Origin: an uncultured Gammaproteobacteria bacterium
GTDB lineage: Bacteria > Patescibacteriota > Microgenomatia > UBA8517
Length of the DNA stretch: 64,000 nt
Assembly (NCBI GenBank): GCA_964395115.1
Contig: CAYMZX010000006.1
Location: 26,041-90,040, forward strand
Direction of reading: 5' to 3'
The notes beneath the pieces were generated by a model, which worked only from the letters and a program-made list of their open reading frames with translations, ran no database searches and was not told the DNA's origin. Position numbers and translations under genes: made by a program. The number at the start of each line of letters is the position of its first letter. The stretch's first letter is position 1. Below, one piece after another: positions 58,828 to 64,000 of the stretch.

Positions 58828-59166
58828 TTACCGATATGATTTTCTGCCTCTTGGTTGTCTGTAATCTCTTCGCTGGTTTCCGCCTCTGTAAGAACTAAAA
58901 AAACCGCTATCTCTTGCCTGAAGCGGACGAGCTTGGCTAACCACAACAGCTCTTTCGTCTAACTTTTTGCCATTTAATTTTGCAATGGCTTCTTGAGCTT
59001 CCTTTTCTGATCCCATTTCCACAAAACCAAAACCCTTTGACTTTCCACTAAACTTATCTACTATAATTTTCACAGAAACAATATTCCCAATCTCTGAGAA
59101 AAAGTTTCTTAGCGAATCCTCAGTGGTACTCCAAGAAAGTCCCCCAACAAATAATTTTGTTGCCAT
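58828..59166 (-). CDS. RRM RNA-binding protein
   Basis: RNP2 LFVGGL and RNP1 KGFGFVEM; Arg/Gly-rich tail. Confidence 0.92.
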   Translation of the reverse strand: MATKLFVGGLSWSTTEDSLRNFFSEIGNIVSVKIIVDKFSGKSKGFGFVEMGSEKEAQEAIAKLNGKKLDERAVVVSQARPLQARDSGFFSSYRGGNQRRDYRQPRGRKSYR

Positions 59167-59252
59167 ATTTTATTCACCTCCAATCTTCGTTGATAATCCG
59201 TACTCTCTGTTTCTATCTCTTAGCTTACAACTTCCATTAAGTTTAATTACCC

Positions 59253-59612
59253 TTACTCTGATTGCGGCACTTCTGGTTCTCTTATCTCAACTTCTTCAGT
59301 TTTGGGACTTTGAGGCTCAGTTTCCTCTTGTACCGCAGGTACTGGCGAAGTGGCAGGAACCGCAGGCTGCTCTCGAGCATCACTGACATTAACCGGTCTT
59401 CCTTCTAATTCTTTTTTGTTTAGCTTTGTTTTGGCTTCTTCAGCTTCGGCGTCTGTAGACATTTCAACAAAACCAAAACCCTTAGACCTATCTGAATATT
59501 TGTCCCTAACCACCCTGGCTGAAACTACCTTACCAACTTGTCCAAAGAAATTTGCTAGCGATTCATCGGTCACTGACCACGCTAAATTACCAACAAAAAG
59601 TTTTTTGGCCAT
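59253..59612 (-). CDS. RRM RNA-binding protein
   Basis: LFVGNL and KGFGFVEM; acidic Pro/Glu tail. Confidence 0.92.
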   Translation of the reverse strand: MAKKLFVGNLAWSVTDESLANFFGQVGKVVSARVVRDKYSDRSKGFGFVEMSTDAEAEEAKTKLNKKELEGRPVNVSDAREQPAVPATSPVPAVQEETEPQSPKTEEVEIREPEVPQSE

Positions 59613-59796
59613 TTATTTTTGAAGCACCCCCTTTCTCATCAATTTCTTGAAGCAAACAGTCGAGAAGGACTTCGCATACCGAAGAAAATTTTCCCTTCAC
59701 GTATCTACTTCAATAAAATGATTGTATCACAAATATTTAAATTTTATAAGACAAAATAACTTTACGGGTATGATACAATAAGTTATATACAAGGAT

Positions 59797-59961
59797 TTGA
59801 CAACTGATAAGCTCATTAATATCTTTTTGGAAAAAGGTGGTCGTATTAATGAGTATTATCTTAATAATCTGAAAAGTAGGCCAGTTTTAGTTTATTTGAA
59901 AGGCTGGTTCCGCGGTCAGAATATCCGCGACGCAGTGCTTCGTGCACTTGATGGCCGTTAA
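59797..59961 (+). CDS. Putative 54-aa small protein, not in the ORF track
   Basis: TTG start; (M)TTDKLINIFLEKGGRI...KGWFRGQNIRDAVLRALDGR; ends 12 bp before the GH15-like gene. Confidence 0.4.
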   Translation: MTTDKLINIFLEKGGRINEYYLNNLKSRPVLVYLKGWFRGQNIRDAVLRALDGR

Positions 59962-59973
59962 AAATTACCCTTA

Positions 59974-61050
59974 ATGGCAAGGTTAACTTACCAAGAACTT
60001 ATTGATAAACACATCAAAATTCTCAAAAGTCTGAAAACCAAGTCAGGACTTTTTATCGCCTCAAAAAGGGGAGTCCCAACCGGTTATGATAAAAGCTGGC
60101 TTAGAGATAATTTTTACGAAACAATTGCTTTTGAAATTATCGGGGATTGGAAGACAGTTGAGAAAACATATCGTGCAATATTGAAAATTTTCTTAAAACA
60201 CGAGCATAAAATTGACGAGGCAATTGTCGAGAAGCCCAAAAACACCTACCAATATATTCACGCAAGATTTCATCCTGAAACTTTTGATGAATTCTGGGAA
60301 GAATGGGGTAATAAGCAAAATGACGCGGTGGGGTGCATTCTCTTCCGCCTGGGTGAACTTGAAATTAACCAAAAGCGCTCTATTTTAAAAACAGAAGACC
60401 ACTTCAGGATTGTCAATAAGCTGGTTAAATATCTAGCCTCTATTGAATATTGGCAGGATAAAGACTCTGGCATGTGGGAGGAAGATGAAGAACTTCATGC
60501 TTCCTCAGTTGGAGCGTGTGTGGCTGGTTTAAAGTCAATTGCCCGCGTTCCAAGAATTGAAGTTCCTTTGTGGCTAATTAGAAAAGGAGAAAAGACTCTT
60601 AATGAACTTTTACCCAGAGAATCACAAAAGAAATTTGTTGATTTGGCACTTTTGTCTTTAATTTGGCCATATGATATTGTAAGCGACAAGATGCGTGAGC
60701 AAATTTTGGAAAATGTTGAGTATCATCTTCTTAAAGAAAGGGGGGTTATTCGTTACAAGGGTGATAAATACTACAACAAAAACCCCGACGGAGTAAGTGA
60801 AGAAGCAGAGTGGACTTTTGGTCTTTCCTGGCTTGCAATTATTTACCAGAAACTGGGCAGAGATGACAAAGCTCAAGAGCTTATCAAAAACCTTATAGCA
60901 GATGATACTCAAGCTGGCATGCCCGAGCTTTATTTTAGTAACTCTCCTGAATACAACGAAAATACTCCCCTTGGCTGGGCAGAGTCACTTTTTATTGTTG
61001 CTCTTTGGGAAATGAACGAAAGAATAGAAAAAAAGACTACGCAGAAGTAG
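59974..61050 (+). CDS. Glycoside hydrolase family 15-like protein
   Basis: Y...WLRD, Q.D, D.GMWEE, RY.GD.Y, PL.WA.S. Confidence 0.82.
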   Translation: MARLTYQELIDKHIKILKSLKTKSGLFIASKRGVPTGYDKSWLRDNFYETIAFEIIGDWKTVEKTYRAILKIFLKHEHKIDEAIVEKPKNTYQYIHARFHPETFDEFWEEWGNKQNDAVGCILFRLGELEINQKRSILKTEDHFRIVNKLVKYLASIEYWQDKDSGMWEEDEELHASSVGACVAGLKSIARVPRIEVPLWLIRKGEKTLNELLPRESQKKFVDLALLSLIWPYDIVSDKMREQILENVEYHLLKERGVIRYKGDKYYNKNPDGVSEEAEWTFGLSWLAIIYQKLGRDDKAQELIKNLIADDTQAGMPELYFSNSPEYNENTPLGWAESLFIVALWEMNERIEKKTTQK

Positions 61051-61076
61051 TAAAAATCTATTGTTATAATCCTACC

Positions 61077-61283
61077 ATGGAGAGATTATGTTTTAATTGT
61101 TGGTTTCATGGACTCAAAGAATGTGATTTTGCAAAAATTGCACAAGAGATAGCCGACAATCCAAATCTATCTCCTCAAGAAAAACATCAACGAATATCTG
61201 ATGCAAGGTCTAACGCAAGAGAAAAAGGATGCCCTCGTATTAACGAAGTAGATCCATACTATGAAGGTAGAGAAAATCTTTGA
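61077..61283 (+). CDS. Small Cys-containing hypothetical protein
   Basis: CFNC...C...C; extended -10 directly before ATG 61077. Confidence 0.5.
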   Translation: MERLCFNCWFHGLKECDFAKIAQEIADNPNLSPQEKHQRISDARSNAREKGCPRINEVDPYYEGRENL

Positions 61284-61417
61284 AACAAAGCCAAAAAAAC
61301 TCTATCAGAAAACTTATTCGATTACTATATTGTCATTGGCTGAGCCAGTGGGGATTTTTGGAAAATATTTACAAACATAAAAAGGTATTTTACCAAGAAC
61401 CTGCTATAATTTCCTCA

Positions 61418-61696
61418 GTGACTAAAAAATACTGGTCGGCAAAGGTAACTAAAACTTCAATTGCCCTAGATTTGGAAGAAGGGGTTTTTACTTGGGATGA
61501 TCCCAAAAAAATAGCCCAATCTCTAAAACACTCGGCTGAGGTTAGCACTAGGAAAAAAGCCAAAACCCCTTACCAATCTGCCATGAGCATGCTTAATTTC
61601 TACATCAACCGCGCTGGTAAAAACTTACCTCCTGACAGGAGAAAAATTTTGGAGAGGGCAAAAGTTGAATTAAGAATTCTTTGCGGTAAAAAATAA
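61418..61696 (+). CDS. DUF3175-like protein
   Basis: WSAKVT..S.ALDLE.GVF, SAMSMLNFYINRAGKNL. Confidence 0.78.
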   Translation: MTKKYWSAKVTKTSIALDLEEGVFTWDDPKKIAQSLKHSAEVSTRKKAKTPYQSAMSMLNFYINRAGKNLPPDRRKILERAKVELRILCGKK

Positions 61697-61697
61697 G

Positions 61698-62159
61698 CTA
61701 GTCAATTTCTTCAACCCTCAATTTAGTACTTTTTTCACCCGATGGATATTCAACTGTCTCTCCAATTCTTTTTCCAACCAGACTTGCTCCCAGTGGCGAA
61801 GTTGGAGTAATAATTTGTATTCCCGCCAAAAGAACTTGATTTTTTGCAAGAAAATATTCGTACTTTACACCTGCTTCATCCGCAAGAACAACATGGCAAG
61901 GAACAGTTATCACTTCTGGATTAACTGAATCAAGACAAACCCGGACTTCAGAAAGTAATCCCTCAAGCGCCATAAGTCTTTGTTTATTTAAGTCCGCTTG
62001 TGTCTCTGCGAAATACCTATCTCCACTTGCAGACGGTGAAGCAAATGCCGCCTGACTAGAAATTTTAAAATCCTGGTCAGAAGTTGCCGCAAATTTTTTG
62101 GCCATAGCAAGCTCTTTCTCAATAAGCTCTTTCAATCTTTCAATCTTTTCCCTCGCCAT
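61698..62159 (-). CDS. GreA/GreB-like C-terminal domain protein
   Basis: N-terminal coiled coil; ITPTSPLGASLVGK.IGE. Confidence 0.7.
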   Translation of the reverse strand: MAREKIERLKELIEKELAMAKKFAATSDQDFKISSQAAFASPSASGDRYFAETQADLNKQRLMALEGLLSEVRVCLDSVNPEVITVPCHVVLADEAGVKYEYFLAKNQVLLAGIQIITPTSPLGASLVGKRIGETVEYPSGEKSTKLRVEEID

Positions 62160-62180
62160 AAAACTAATTATACTTTTAAT

Positions 62181-62717
62181 ATGAAAAAATTGCCTCTTAT
62201 CAATTTTTCAAAGCCCCAGAAAAATTTGGGAGGAGCTACAGCCGTTATATTTAACAAGGCAAAAAACAAAATTCTTTTGGCCAAAAGAAGAGATTTGCCT
62301 GTCTGGGTAACCCCGGGTGGAATGATAGAAGATGGCGAATTACCCGAACAAGCTGTTCTAAGAGAAGTTTTTGAGGAAACTGGTGTTAAAGCTAAAATAG
62401 TCAGGAAGGTCGCAGAATATTTCAAAAAAAATTCTCAGAAAAAAATTTATCTTTTTGAATGCAAGATAATATCAGGTAAACCTTCTCCCCAACTTGAATC
62501 AAAAGAGGTCAGATTTTGGGATTATAAAAAATTACCAGAATTAATCGACCCAAGGGTCCACATTTATCTAAGAGATAGCTTACTGGCCAAAAAGACTTTA
62601 ATAAAAAGGAATCTTCCGAGTATAAAAAGTTTTCTGGATAAAAAATTTATAATAAAACACCCCTTTATTGCTTTTCGCTATAAACTCATGAAGCTTGGCA
62701 TTCACATAAATATTTAA
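62181..62717 (+). CDS. NUDIX hydrolase
   Basis: PGGMIEDGELPEQAVLREVFEETG. Confidence 0.88.
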   Translation: MKKLPLINFSKPQKNLGGATAVIFNKAKNKILLAKRRDLPVWVTPGGMIEDGELPEQAVLREVFEETGVKAKIVRKVAEYFKKNSQKKIYLFECKIISGKPSPQLESKEVRFWDYKKLPELIDPRVHIYLRDSLLAKKTLIKRNLPSIKSFLDKKFIIKHPFIAFRYKLMKLGIHINI

Positions 62718-62718
62718 A

Positions 62719-63771
62719 TTATTTAAGATTTTCTTGAATATATTTATGGATGCCCTCCCATTTATCCACCCCATCTTTTGGTAAAAGAATAAATTGTCCA
62801 TCCGAGCTTCTGGACTCTATTAAAACATCCTCTGTTGTCAAATAAATCGAATTAAGAGAAACATTGGGGATTTGCTCATAAGTTTTTGCCAACTCAATAA
62901 GAGAGCTAATATCCAAATCGGTCTGAACATATTCAGCAATTTTATTGACAAGAGGAATAATTCTGGGAACTGTCTCAAAAGACAAAATTTTATTTTTGAT
63001 CCCTTTTAGAACAGCGTGTTGTCTTATCATCCTACCAAAGTCACCCCCATTTACCTCCGAGTGGCGAGAACGAACAAATTTCAAGGCAGTATCGGGCTTC
63101 ATTAAAGTCTTGCCTTTGTCAAAGTGGACAGTTTCATAGCGGCACTTAAATTGCTGCTCAAGTTTATAACCTGACAGTGTTTTTGTAAGCTGGGCTATCT
63201 CCTCACCCGTTTTGCCACAAGAATCATTTTCGCGCCCGGCAATGGGATAAAACTCATCACTAAATTCAAATGGCACATCAACTTCAACTCCTCCCAAAAT
63301 GTCTATAACGTGCTTAAAGCCTCCAAAATTTGCCGCAATAAAATAATCAACTGGCAAATTAGTAATTTTTGAAATTGTTTTTTTGGCCAAATCCCCTCCA
63401 CCTTTTGCAAAAGCCCAGTTAACTTTGTAGTGGTGGTTTCCGGTTTCCTCATCAGGCAATTCTACCCATAGATCTCTTGGGATTGAAATAAGATTAACTT
63501 TCTTTTCCTTTTCATTAATTTGTGCCAAGATAATGCTGTCGCTTAAAAGCCCTCCCGAGTGCCCCTCACCCCCATAGCCAATTAGCAAAATACTTTTAGG
63601 ACCGCCTGGAATTGGAGTGGGGGTTGGAAAAAGCCTTTGTTCCGGCAATGGATTTGCCTTATTTTCAGTGTGTATTTTTTTATAAGTAAAAATACTGTAA
63701 GAAAGTGCCAAAGATAAGACAAATATAAAAATGTAAAAACCCACCAATAAGGCAAGCCACTTTCTTCCCAT
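62719..63771 (-). CDS. LCP (LytR-CpsA-Psr) family protein
   Basis: LSDSI, SIPRDLWV, FVRSRH, DFGRMIRQ. Confidence 0.9.
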   Translation of the reverse strand: MGRKWLALLVGFYIFIFVLSLALSYSIFTYKKIHTENKANPLPEQRLFPTPTPIPGGPKSILLIGYGGEGHSGGLLSDSIILAQINEKEKKVNLISIPRDLWVELPDEETGNHHYKVNWAFAKGGGDLAKKTISKITNLPVDYFIAANFGGFKHVIDILGGVEVDVPFEFSDEFYPIAGRENDSCGKTGEEIAQLTKTLSGYKLEQQFKCRYETVHFDKGKTLMKPDTALKFVRSRHSEVNGGDFGRMIRQHAVLKGIKNKILSFETVPRIIPLVNKIAEYVQTDLDISSLIELAKTYEQIPNVSLNSIYLTTEDVLIESRSSDGQFILLPKDGVDKWEGIHKYIQENLK

Positions 63772-63790
63772 ACTTCATTGTAGAACAAAT

Positions 63791-64000
63791 TTACTTCAAG
63801 GAATAACCAAGATCTTTGAGTGTGGCTTTGATTTTATTTTCAGAAATATTTTTGGGGTCAAACTCCACTTTTGCCTGACCTTTGGCATAGCTGGTTTTGG
63901 AAGAAATTACTCCATCTAAATTCTCAAGTGCTCCATCAATATTCATAGAACAGCTAATACAATGCATACCTTTCACCTTCAGAACTAAAACTTTACCCTT
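63791..64000 (-). CDS. Heavy-metal-associated (HMA) domain protein, 5'-truncated by the window edge
   Basis: GMHCISC motif, LGY C-terminus; frame is open to the window end. Confidence 0.85.
   Translation of the reverse strand, partial: KGKVLVLKVKGMHCISCSMNIDGALENLDGVISSKTSYAKGQAKVEFDPKNISENKIKATLKDLGYSLK

Noticed and set aside
1-64000. Alternative genetic code (TGA=Gly, as in Gracilibacteria/SR1)
   Set aside because: Core genes are full length under code 11 and several end in TGA (dnaE, ppsA).

Overview
AT-rich bacterial DNA in the standard code (TGA is used as stop). The gene content and style suggest a Patescibacteria/CPR, Microgenomates-like genome; this is an inference. 1-27.8 kb is a dense core block: polX, lemA, htpX, gatCA-MFS-gatB, dnaE, rplS, ruvC, holA-like, pmm, pgi/pmi, ppsA, eno, gpmI, dedA, lexA, secG. 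27.9-44.6 kb holds 15 tRNA genes and the most unusual structure. (i) A 4.7-kb unit carries a large serine recombinase (LSR) and nucleotide-hydrolase cargo. It is bounded by 175-bp inverted repeats that each begin at the 3' end of a different, convergent tRNA (Leu-TAG and Glu-CTC). (ii) A ~285-nt stem-closed leader in front of the LSR contains antisense copies of the LSR's own 3' end. (iii) Two ~60-bp mini-inserts behind tRNA-Leu(CAG) and tRNA-Leu(GAG) duplicate the tRNA 3' end, share a conserved hairpin and each carry an imperfect antisense copy of their own host tRNA end. (iv) An orphan tRNA 5' half and a 14-bp inverted repeat surround tRNA-Lys. (v) A riboswitch/attenuator-like leader precedes a cell-wall hydrolase. 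44.6-64 kb is accessory and housekeeping DNA: NUDIX enzymes, a nucleotidyltransferase, an M23 peptidase, transporters, RRM proteins, a GH15-like enzyme and an LCP protein. All calls were made by eye; no searches or folding programs were run.
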